A stretch of 64,000 bases of DNA from Octopus sinensis (Eukaryota): NCBI RefSeq assembly GCF_006345805.1, contig NC_043015.1:46562001-46626000 (forward strand), in the 5' to 3' direction. The notes under the pieces are model-generated. The model saw only the letters and a list, made by a program, of their open reading frames with translations. It made no database searches and was not told the DNA's origin. Shown piece after piece: positions 54,314-64,000 of this stretch (positions are counted from its first letter, which is position 1; each line of letters starts with the position of its first letter). A program made the translations under genes and the position numbers.

Positions 54314-54408
54314 CTTTTTCATATCTTCATAGTAGATCAATTTTACGTTCGAATTATGGCGACTGTGCCACCAACTTTCTGTGAAATCAAACCATGATCC
54401 ATGTCCAG
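54314..54408 (-). CDS. Cytosolic sulfotransferase, exon C
   Basis: Acceptor AAACAG|CT, donor AAG|GTAACT, 95 nt. Encodes (T)GHGSWFDFTESWWHSRHNSNVKLIYYEDMKK (GSWF and YEDMK motifs); phases fit both neighbours. Confidence 0.95.
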
Positions 54409-54588
54409 CTGTTTGGTTAGTGATAAATAACAGAAGAATTAACTCATGCTTTTTTTTATTGGAAGTGAAAATTAAATAGGAAAATTTATGTGTTTATGTA
54501 TGTTAGTATATACATGTGTGTGTGTATGTATGTATGTGGTGTGTGTGTATATATACTCTTATATATATATACTCTTTATATATATACT

Positions 54589-54629
<41 letters not shown>

Positions 54630-54832
54630 AATTTAACAATTTAACAATATCCTTAATTGTTAAATTTAAATTTATTCCGAAAAAACTTTTCCTACCCGAA
54701 ATGCAATTCGAAGAAGCCCGCCATTTACCGGATGTATAATATGTAAACTTCTACATGTGCTTCGTTTGGAGAGAGCAGATGGCTGTTCGACTTCGACGGT
54801 ACAGGTCGTTTATTTATGATATATTCAGAATC

Positions 54833-54897
54833 AGTCTTGCTGATGAGTACGGTCGCAATTTCTGCGGTAAGTATGAAATCACAGGTGATACAAGACT
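54833..54897 (+). ncRNA. Type I hammerhead ribozyme motif (probably from a Penelope-like element or retrozyme)
   Basis: AGTCTTG-CTGATGA-GTAC...GTAT-GAAA-TCAC-AG-GTGA-TA-CAAGACT. The CUGAUGA and GAAA core is complete, with stems I, II and III and an AUA cleavage triplet. Confidence 0.8.
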
Positions 54898-55016
54898 AAA
54901 TTCATTTTTAAATGTCTTGCTTTGAAAAATTGCATTGGGTATGATTAGTAAAATTTTTTGGTAGAAATGACTGATGTCCCTCTTAGCGTGGGGCATGTAT
55001 GTATAATAATGCCCTC

Positions 55017-55056
<40 letters not shown>

Positions 55057-55057
<1 letters not shown>

Positions 55058-55440
55058 TCTTTTACTTGTTTCAGTCATTTGACGGTGGCCATGCTGGAGC
55101 ACCGCCTTTAGTCGAGCAAATTGACCCCAGGACTTATTCTTTATAAGCCTAGTACTTATTCTATCAACCGCTAAGTTAGGGGGACGCAAACACACCAGCA
55201 TCGGTTGTCAAGTGATGTTGGGGTGACAAACACAGACACACAAACATAGACACACACATATACGTATACATATATACAATGGGCTTCTTTCAGTTTCCGT
55301 CTACCAAATCCACTCACAAAGCTTTGGTCGGTCCGTGGCTATAGTAGAAGACACTTGCCCAAGGTGCCACGCAGTGAGACTGAACCCGGAACCATGTGGT
55401 TGGTAAGCAAGCTACTTACCACACAGCCACTCCTACACCT
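55057..55440 (-). mobile_element. SINE family A copy
   Basis: Reverse complement match to 9801-10198. Confidence 0.9.
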
Positions 55441-55478
55441 ATATTTAAAATTTATTTATTGTTTTTTTTCTTTGTTGA

Positions 55479-55790
55479 AGTAGTAGTAGTAGTAGTAATA
55501 GCAGCAGCAGCAGTGGCAGTAGTAGTAGTAATAGTAGTAGCAGCAGTCGTAGTAGTAGTAGTAGTAGTATTAGCAGCAGTGGTCGTCGTTGTAGTAGTAG
55601 TAGCAACAGCAGTCATAGTAGTAGTAGTAGTAGTAGCAGCAGTGGTCGTCGTTGTAGTAGTAGCAACAGTGGTCGTAGTAGTAGTAGTAGTGGTGGTTGT
55701 GGTGGTGGTGGTAGTGGTGGTGGTGGTGGTAGTGGTGGTGGTGATGGGGTCAGTAGTGGTAAATGGTAGTAACAGTAGTAGTTGTTGTTA
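55479..55790. repeat. (GTA/GCA/GTG)n compound trinucleotide repeat
   Basis: Directly visible; lies ~30 nt from the donor of SULT exon B. Confidence 0.95.
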
Positions 55791-55820
55791 TTAAAATGAA
55801 GAAACTATAACAAATCTTAC

Positions 55821-55950
55821 TGTGACCAGTAATAAACATTTCGAAAAATTCATTCCAGCTGCCCTTGAAGTTACCCATGGATGAGCTCGAGCGGTAGAAA
55901 TGGTAGTAAGAAACACACACATCTTTTGGGTTTCGGAACAGAATCACGAC
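55821..55950 (-). CDS. Cytosolic sulfotransferase, exon B
   Basis: Acceptor TTTCAG|GTC, donor CACA|GTAAGA, 130 nt. Encodes [43 protein letters not shown] with the 3'-PB motif RNPKDxxVSYYHF. Confidence 0.95.
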
Positions 55951-56700
55951 CTGAAACGTTAGAAATATTCGTCATTTAAAAATGAAAATTAACAAATACA
56001 TATAGAAATCATCATTATTTTAATATTTGCCTTTTTTTATGCTTACATGGGTTACTTACTTGTACTTGTGGCAACATTCACCCTGGGTGGGTTGAGTCGG
56101 CTTCTACCACCCTCGAGGCATCTCGAGGCAGAAGATGGAAGAAGTTTTGTGGGAATATGTGGATTTCACAAGCGGTCCCCAACAATCCCGCATGTAGAGA
56201 CATCCTGTTTGCCGCAGATTATCCGCAAATGCAGGGACAGAATGACCGAGGAGCCGCTGGTTGCTGAAACAGACACTCTGAGGATTTTCACCAGAGCCCC
56301 ATAACTGGTACTTATTTAATTGACCCCGAAAGGATGAAAGGCAATGTTGACCTTGGAGGAATTTGAACTCAGAACGTAGCGGCAGACAAAATACCTATTT
56401 CTTTACTGCCCACAAGGGGCTGAACACAGAGGGGACAAACAAGGACAGACAAACAGATTAAGCCGATTATATCGACCCCAGTGCGTAACTGGTACTTATT
56501 TAATCAACCCCGAAAGGATGAAAGGCAAAGTCGACCTTGGCGGAATTTGAACTCAGAACGTAGCGGCAGACAAAATACCGCTAACCATTTCGCCCGGTGT
56601 GCTAACGTTTCTGCTAGTTCGACACCTTACCACACAGCCACACTCGGTTGCAAAACAAATTTCTCAACCATTTGAAAGATAGAAAATTCAGTTTTCTCAC

Positions 56701-56927
56701 CTTACAGTTTTTGTCATTGAGTTGTTTTGGAGCCAGACGTTTCTGTAGGTGTGTTTTTATCACCCTGGGTGATGGAACAGCAGCTGCCAATTCCAAACCA
56801 ACTTCATTTAATACAGTATCTTTGAATTCAAGGAATGGAGAGCGGAAGTAAACTTGTTTCTCATTTGCTTCTTTCAACTGACCATCATTCATTATTAACC
56901 ACAAGACTTCTTGAAGCCATGTTGTTC
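56701..56927 (-). CDS. Cytosolic sulfotransferase (SULT1-like), internal coding exon A
   Basis: Acceptor CATTACAG|GA, donor AAG|GTGAGA, 227 nt. Encodes (G)TTWLQEVLWLIMNDGQLKEANEKQVYFRSPFLEFKDTVLNEVGLELAAAVPSPRVIKTHLQKRLAPKQLNDKNCK: the end of the 5'-PSB loop (GTTW) and the catalytic His motif KTHL. Confidence 0.95.
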
Positions 56928-56967
56928 CTGTAATGGAAATATATTTGCTCATGAAGGAAAACAGGAT

Positions 56968-57352
56968 CTTACAAACAATAACTCTGAGCACCTTTTCAAA
57001 CTTCACCCATCTAACACCCGTGGACATATTTACAAAGTCAGAAAACAGCACAGCTCCCATGACTTTAGGAAACATTTTTTCACGCTGAGAGTTGCTGAAG
57101 CATGGAACAAACTGCTGGCATCAGTTGTTAATTGTCGGAGCACTGCATCCTTCAAAACTTCCATGCTTCCTGAGATTCACCAACACTACACCTGATTTTC
57201 TTCCCTCCATACACACACAAGCATGTATCTGATTCATACATTGTTCGCTTTCCAGACATTTGTACATTACAGCATACACTTTATACGCACTTTCTGACAA
57301 GTTGTGGTGCACCTGAGCACTGTATACAATAATTTCATTATTATTATTATTA
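56968..57352 (+). mobile_element. CR1/L2-type LINE 3' end
   Basis: Same family as 51225-51645 in the opposite orientation; starts ~40 nt from the SULT exon A acceptor. Confidence 0.9.
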
Positions 57353-58191
57353 TTTTAAAGGATAATAATAATGGTTTCAAATTTTGGCACAAAGCCAGCA
57401 AGTTTTGGGGAGTGGGGACAGTCAATTACGTTGACCCTAATGCTCGACTGGTACTTATTTTATCAATGCCGAAAAGATGAAAGGCAAAGTCGACCCTGGC
57501 AGAGTTTGAAATCAGAACATAAGGGCAGATGAAATGTCGCAAAGCATTTTGCCTGATATGCTAAGGATTCTACCAGCTTACCGTCTTCATCGTTTAATGT
57601 CCGTTTTCCATGCTAGCATGGGTTGGACGGCTCAAATGGGGTCTGGGAAGCCAGAAGGCTGTGCCAGGCCCAGTCCGATCTGGTAGTGTTTCTATGGCTG
57701 GATGCCCTTCCTAACGTCAACCACTCCGTGAGTGTAGTGGGTGCCTTTTACGTCCCACCTGCACGGGTACCAGACGAGGCTGGCATACGGCCATGATCGG
57801 ATGGTGCTTTTTACATGCCACCGGCACAGGGGCCAGGTGAGGCTGGCAACGGCCACAATCGAATGGTGAATTTTACGTGCCACCGGCACAGAGGCCAGTC
57901 GGGGCGGCACTGGCAAATAATAATAATAATAATAATAATAATTATTATTATTATTATTTTAAAGGATAATAGTGATGGTTTCAAATTTTGGCACAAAGCC
58001 AGCAAGTTTTGGGGAGTGGGGACAGTCAATTACGTTGATCCTAATGCTCAACTGGTACTTATTTTATCAATGCCAAAAAGATGAAAGGGAAAGTTGACCC
58101 TGGTAGAGTTTGAAATCAGAATGTAAGGGCAGATAAAATGTCGCAAAGCATTTTGCCTGATATGCTAAGGATTCTACCAGCTCACTGTCTA

Positions 58192-58277
<86 letters not shown>

Positions 58278-58330
58278 TAATAATAATAAATAATAATAAT
58301 AATAATAATAATTATTATTATTATTATTAA
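58192..58330. repeat. (AAT)n/(ATT)n microsatellite
   Basis: Directly visible. Confidence 0.95.
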
Positions 58331-58578
58331 TTAGGTGGTTATGATTTAAAGGATATCTGGCAGCTATTTTTCACAGCAATCCTTCGGTATTGGTAGACGA
58401 TATCCTTCATCCACATAACCTTTCCTAATGACATAGATAAAGAGGCTAGGCTGAAACAGAGAGTGAATGATGTCCTATATTGACACGCTGTATACAAATA
58501 CTGAAGGATCACCCTTTTTCCATGTCGAACGACCAAGTAAAGGCATGCTCGTTTGTGTATTGTGTTGTCTCAGAGAGT

Positions 58579-58643
<65 letters not shown>

Positions 58644-59014
58644 AGAAGAGACAGAGGGAAAGAGAAGAGAGAGGAATGTGATTAATGTTCCTATTGAATA
58701 ACTGCACTGAGGAAAGGGCAGGGTACCACAGAAATGGTATGTGGTTTACAACACAAAAGAAATCACTTTAGACTTGCTAAAATAATATTCGAAGTACTTT
58801 ACATGATCGGAAATATAATTTCGAAGCGTTCATGATGTCATAAATAGGACCTCATTGAAGACTTTACAATTAAAAAAGAAAAAAAAAACTTTTCAAATAT
58901 ATAGTTAGTGGAAGTATACAAAAATGATCATTATTTCCCATCTTATTGTTAGTTTTGTTTCATTTTGAGAAATAGAATTTATTTCATGGTTTATTATTGT
59001 TAATATTTTGAATT

Positions 59015-59535
59015 CACAAAGAAGATCGTCTCTTTGCAACAGCTCAGCTACTGGGGAAGGTTGAAACAACTAAGACTCTACTTCCTGGAGAGAAGTCGGG
59101 AGAGGTATGCAGTAATATATATCTGGAAGATCCTAGAAGGAATTGTGCCAAATTTTGGCATTGAAAGCTACACCAATGCTAGAACGGGACGACACTGCAT
59201 AGTGCCAAAGATCCCAGCAATGCCATCACTCTTCAGGACCAGCTACTGCAACAGCCTGGGTTTCAAGGGACCACAGCTTTTTAATATTCTCCCAAAAAGT
59301 TTGAGGAACTTGCACAAAGTAGATGTAGTGGTTTTTAAATCAAAGCTGTCGAGAGTCCTAGATGAACCTACCTCACGGCAAGAGGTGCAAATGAGGGTAG
59401 CTATATCAAACTCCATTCTTCACCAAGTGCCACATATTAGAGAAGGCTCTTAGTAATAACAGTGTAGCACAAAACGGCGGTGCATCATGGCCGCAGCTCT
59501 GAGCTGAAACTAAAAACAAAGAAGAAAAAAAAGAA
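59015..59535 (+). mobile_element. 5'-truncated CR1-group LINE
   Basis: LSYWGRLKQLRLYFLERSRERYAVIYIWKILEG...GPQLFNILPKSLRN with an A-rich tail. AATT occurs on both sides, and the element is absent from the paralogous copy at 60256-60598. Confidence 0.9.
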
Positions 59536-59827
59536 AATTACATATATCTTGAGGAACCCAAATCTTCTAAGTGTTTAGAGCCACCATGAGCCTTAATCTG
59601 GCCCTGCTTAGATGTATGAGCAATTCAACATTAACGATACTAATTTCACCTAATTATCATCACCTTAATCAGGAGAGGGCTTTAAAAATATAAAAATGAA
59701 ACAGTAAACTAAACCAGAATAGTCTATTTCAGTAGCAATATCTTATTGCATTTTATGTTATGGAAATGTAGAATATGTAGAAATAGGAAACGTTTAATTT
59801 AATAAAGTTGAATAAGACAGAGATAGA

Positions 59828-60255
59828 GGATCTTTTCGGTTTGAATGGCAGTTTTTTCTAGCGGTGTCATATGAAATTGTCACCCATAATTATGACCCAA
59901 GTATCGATCTATTGCATTTCAATCTATTTTAGTGTTAGGGTTAGGGTTAGGGGTGGGGGTAAGGGTATCTTTTTTTTTCTTCAGAAATGTAAATAAACCT
60001 AATCTGTTTCTTAAACGAGGGACATATTCATACGGCACAGAATGTTTTTTTTACCTCAATGGATGACATTGATTGGTTGAAATCGCAGAAATTGAAGGAA
60101 AAAAAACAACAAATATCTTACAAACTATAGAATTTTCTCAATAAAGCCAAGAGAAAATGATGTTTTATAAACACATTCTACCAGTATACAAAGTTTAAAA
60201 TTTTTTAGTTACCTAGAAATTATGTTAAAAACTGCCGTTCAAACCAAAAAGATCC
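59828..60255. mobile_element. GGATC-ended MITE, copy 2
   Basis: Both TIRs intact; no 8-bp TSD; located at a duplication junction. Confidence 0.9.
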
Positions 60256-61427
60256 TTTTGAGAAATAAAATTTATTTCATGGTTAATTATTGTTAATATT
60301 TTGAATTACATATATATCAAGGAATCCAAATCTTCTAGGTGTTTTAGAGCCACCATGAGCCTTAATCTGGCCCTGCTTAGATGTGTGAGCAATTCAACAT
60401 TAACAATACTAATTTCAACTAATTATCATCACCCTAGTCAGGAGAGGGCTTTAAAAAACATAAAAATGTAACAGTAAAACTAAACCAGAACAGTCTATTT
60501 CAGTAGCAATATCCTATTGCATTTTATGCCATGGAAATCTAGAATATGTAGAAATAGGAAACATTTAATTAAATAAAGCTGAATAAGACAGAGATAGATA
60601 TTAATTTGCTTCCTGGCAAATTAATGCCTATCACCCCTTCACCTCATACAATTCTTCTTATTTCAGGTATTGAACTAATGCTAATTATTGAGAAATATTG
60701 AGAACAAACGTAAAAGAGCAGGGAAGAAAAAGCAGGAGCATGAGATATAAAGAGCAAGTGAGAAGTGGTATTGGTAGTAGTGGTGGTGGTGGTGGTGGGG
60801 TTACAGATTACTTGTGGTCACATGATACGAATGGTAATTGTGAGAAAGATCAAGTTTCAGTATTGTTTTCAATAAAGGAGATTTTCCACTCCATTTGACA
60901 GTATGTATATATGCATGTGTTGTATTTAGCTATTTTAGAGAGATTGGTAAATTTTTATATTAACACCTGCACGATTTTCATTAAGAAAAGAAAAAAACTC
61001 GGATTTTTTTGCTTGGAATCAAATACCTATTTCTTGACTACCCACAAGGGGCTAAACACAGAGAGGACAAACAAGGACAGACAAACAGATTAAGTTGATT
61101 ATATCGACCCCAGTGCATAACTGGTACTTATTTAATCGACCCCAAAAGGATGAAAGGCAAAGTTGACCTCGGAGGAATTTGAACTCAGAACGTAAAGACA
61201 GACGAAATACCGCTAAGCATTTCGCCCGGCGTGCTAACGGTTCTGCCAGCTTGCCGTCTTGCATGGAATAAAATACCCTGACCTCCTAATATACTGCAAA
61301 TCCCTTATTTTGATTCGGAGGAGGGGGGGTGCCCTTCGCTCCCCTCCCTCCCATCTTGGAATCACTGGAAAAAAATGTTTTTTTCGTTGAATGAATTCCT
61401 GTGACCTAATATGCTACAAAACTCTTT

Positions 61428-61920
61428 GGATCTTTTCGGTTTGAACAGCAGTTTTTTCTAGTGGTGTCATATGAAATTGTCACCCATAATTATGACCCTA
61501 AAATCGATCTATTGCATTTCAATCTGTTTCAGGGTTAGGTTAGGGTTAGAGTTAGGGTTAGTTAGGGTTAGGGATGGGAGCAAGGTGTTCTTTTGGCGTT
61601 ATTGAGAAAATTCTATAGTTTTTAAGATATTTGTTGTTGTTTTTCTGCAATTTCTGCAATTTCAACCAATCACTGACGTCTATTGAGATAAAAAACATTC
61701 TGTGCCGTATGAATATGTCCCTCGTTTAAGAAACAGATTGGGTTTATTTACATTTGTGAAGAAAGAAAGATACCTTTCCCCCCACCCCTAATCCTAACCC
61801 TAACTAACCCTAACGCTAAAACAGATTGAAATGCAATGGATCGATACTAGGGTCATAATTATGGGTGACAATTTCATATGACATTGCTAGAAAAAACTGC
61901 CGTTCAAACCGAAAAGATCC
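61428..61920. mobile_element. GGATC-ended MITE, copy 3 (rearranged, same arm at both ends)
   Basis: 61428-61575 is an inverted copy of ~61775-61920; no TSD; expanded TTAGGG-like tracts. Confidence 0.85.
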
Positions 61921-62385
61921 AAAATCGCGCCCAAACTAATTTTTTTGTGTCGGGGTGGGGGTGGGAAGAAAGGTGAATGATTTAAAATAAATATATCTTA
62001 ATTGTTGTGTGAGAAAGTATAAATATTCTGGTGATAAAATATAGTATCTTTCAAAAACTAAATTTATAGACTAAAAAAAACATTTTACAGAAACAAATTT
62101 TCCAGAGTGTGAATTACATGGTTCGTTATTAAATATATCCTCTCCTCGCCCCCATATTTTTTCTGAACCAAAATAAGGGATTTGCAACATATTAGAGGTC
62201 AGTTCTTACATCGATTGAAGATAAAGAAATAGGTAGAGATAAAGAGAAATTGAGATAAGGCGAAAAATAGAAAGACACAATGAAATGTGTATAGAATAAA
62301 ATAGATGGAAAGTTTTAGAGAGAAAGGGATAGAAAAAGACACAAAAGGTGCCAGAGGGAGCGAGAGATTTTGTAAGACAGCCAAG

Positions 62386-62799
62386 GGATCTTTTCGGTTT
62401 AAACGGCAGATTTAAAAAAATAATTTCCAAGTAACTAAACACTTTTAAACTTCGTATACTGGTAGAATGTGTTTATAAAACATCTTTTTCTCTTAGCTTT
62501 ATTGAGAAAATTCTATAGTTTGTAAGATATTTGTTGTTGTTTTTTTCTTCAATTTCTGCAATTTCAACCAATCAATGACGTCTATTGAGGTGAAAACATT
62601 CTGTGTCGTATGAATATGTCCCTCGTTTAAGAAACAGATTGGGTTTATTTACATTTGTGAAGAAAAAAAGATACCCTTCCCGCATCCCCTAACCCTAAAA
62701 CAGATTGAAATGCAATAGATCGATACTAGGGTCATAATTATGGGTGACAATTTCATATGACACTGCCAGAAAAAACTGCCGCTCAAACCGAAAAGATCC
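62386..62799. mobile_element. GGATC-ended MITE, copy 4
   Basis: Both TIRs, with a perfect 8-bp TSD CAGCCAAG. Confidence 0.9.
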
Positions 62800-62895
62800 C
62801 AGCCAAGAGAAAAAGATCCAGGAATGAAAATGAAGAGAAAAAGAGGATGTGTGATAAGCTATAGAAGAGTTACAAATGCAAAAGGTCATAAGTTT

Positions 62896-62942
<47 letters not shown>

Positions 62943-63397
62943 ACTGTGTGAGTGTGTCGGAAAAGAAACAGGTGAAATAAATAAAAAGTAACAGAAGATA
63001 TTTTAAAAAGCAGGAAATTCAAATACTCCACTTTCAGCCTTCAGACTTGAAGCAATTACTGTACGTGTAGAATTGTTCCAGATATAAGTTTTATCTAGGA
63101 CAGCATTTAGTTAGGAAACACATTTTAAAGATCAAAAGAACATTCTGTAAGATCTTAAGATGAAAAAAAAAAAAAAAAAAAAGGAATAATCATTGGTATT
63201 GACTTCTGGTTCTGTGTTGAGCAAACCTTATGTCTGAAATGTTTCTCTTTTATAGGAAGTAACAACGAAGACTTGAATGAACAAAGCCACTGAGTCTACG
63301 TCGCTCTGAGTCATCGATCAGTGAGAAACAGCAAAATTTTCTTCTACTCTCACCATACCTTAAAAACGGAAAATAAACCTTAGATAACATTTTGGTG

Positions 63398-63810
63398 GGA
63401 TCTCTTCGGTTTGAACGGCAGTTTTTTCTAGCGGTATCATATGAAATTGTTACCCATAATTATGACCCTAGTATCAATCTATTGCATTTCAATCTGTTTT
63501 AGGGTTAGGGGTGGGGGGAAGGGTATCTTTTTTTCTTCACAAATGTAAATAAACCCAATCTGTTTCTTAAACGAGGGACATATTCATACGGCACAGAATG
63601 TTTTTTTACCTCAATAGACGTCATTGATTGATTGAAATTGCAGAAATTGCAGAAAAACAACAACAAATATCTTACAAACTATAGAATTTTCTCAATAAAG
63701 CCAAGAGAAAAAGATGTTTTATAAACACATTCTACCAGTATACGAAGTTTGAAAGTGTTTAGTTACGTGGAAATTATTTTTAAAAACTGCTGTTCAAACC
63801 AAAAAGATCC
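63398..63810. mobile_element. GGATC-ended MITE, copy 5
   Basis: Both TIRs, with a perfect 8-bp TSD TTTTGGTG. Confidence 0.9.
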
Positions 63811-64000
63811 TTTTGGTGTTGTGACGAAAAGCACTGATCTACGAACAAACTTCCAGTCTATGAACAAATTTCTCAGACATGCTTGCCTTACGTAACATAC
63901 AGGAATGTTTTCGAGTCGAGCACTTAACACCTGCAGTTCTTACTCTTTACATGTATGTCGATGACTAACTCATTCTTACACTCACCTGCAATGAAGCGAA

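Noticed and set aside
58339-58536. Minus-strand ORF as possible first SULT coding exon
   Set aside because: Lacks the DD...YPKxG motif and a suitable phase-1 donor.

Overview
This is AT-rich, repeat-dominated eukaryotic DNA. The SINE, microsatellite and MITE content points to an octopod cephalopod (inference from repeat character; no database search was run). Two spliced genes lie on the minus strand. (1) The promoter and first coding exon of ZC3H13, an m6A writer-complex subunit, at 26589-26723; I found no second exon in the 26.5 kb to its left. (2) Five coding exons of a cytosolic sulfotransferase at 47613-56927, whose first coding exon appears to lie beyond the window. The remainder is tRNA-derived SINEs, LINE 3' fragments (RTE, CR1/L2, R4-like), Tc1/mariner relics, Helitrons, several MITE families, microsatellites and local duplications. 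Most ORFs in the supplied track are repeat artefacts. I cannot show a new multi-gene system. The best leads are: an intact-looking type I hammerhead ribozyme (54833-54897); inverted LINE tails bracketing a 627-nt frame-preserving SULT exon block; an in-frame uORF one stop codon upstream of the ZC3H13 ORF; an 8-bp-TSD MITE family carrying TTAGGG repeats, one copy of which sits exactly at the junction of a 343-bp duplication; and a 560-bp fold-back palindrome. Gene and MITE coordinates were counted by hand; SINE and LINE boundaries are approximate.
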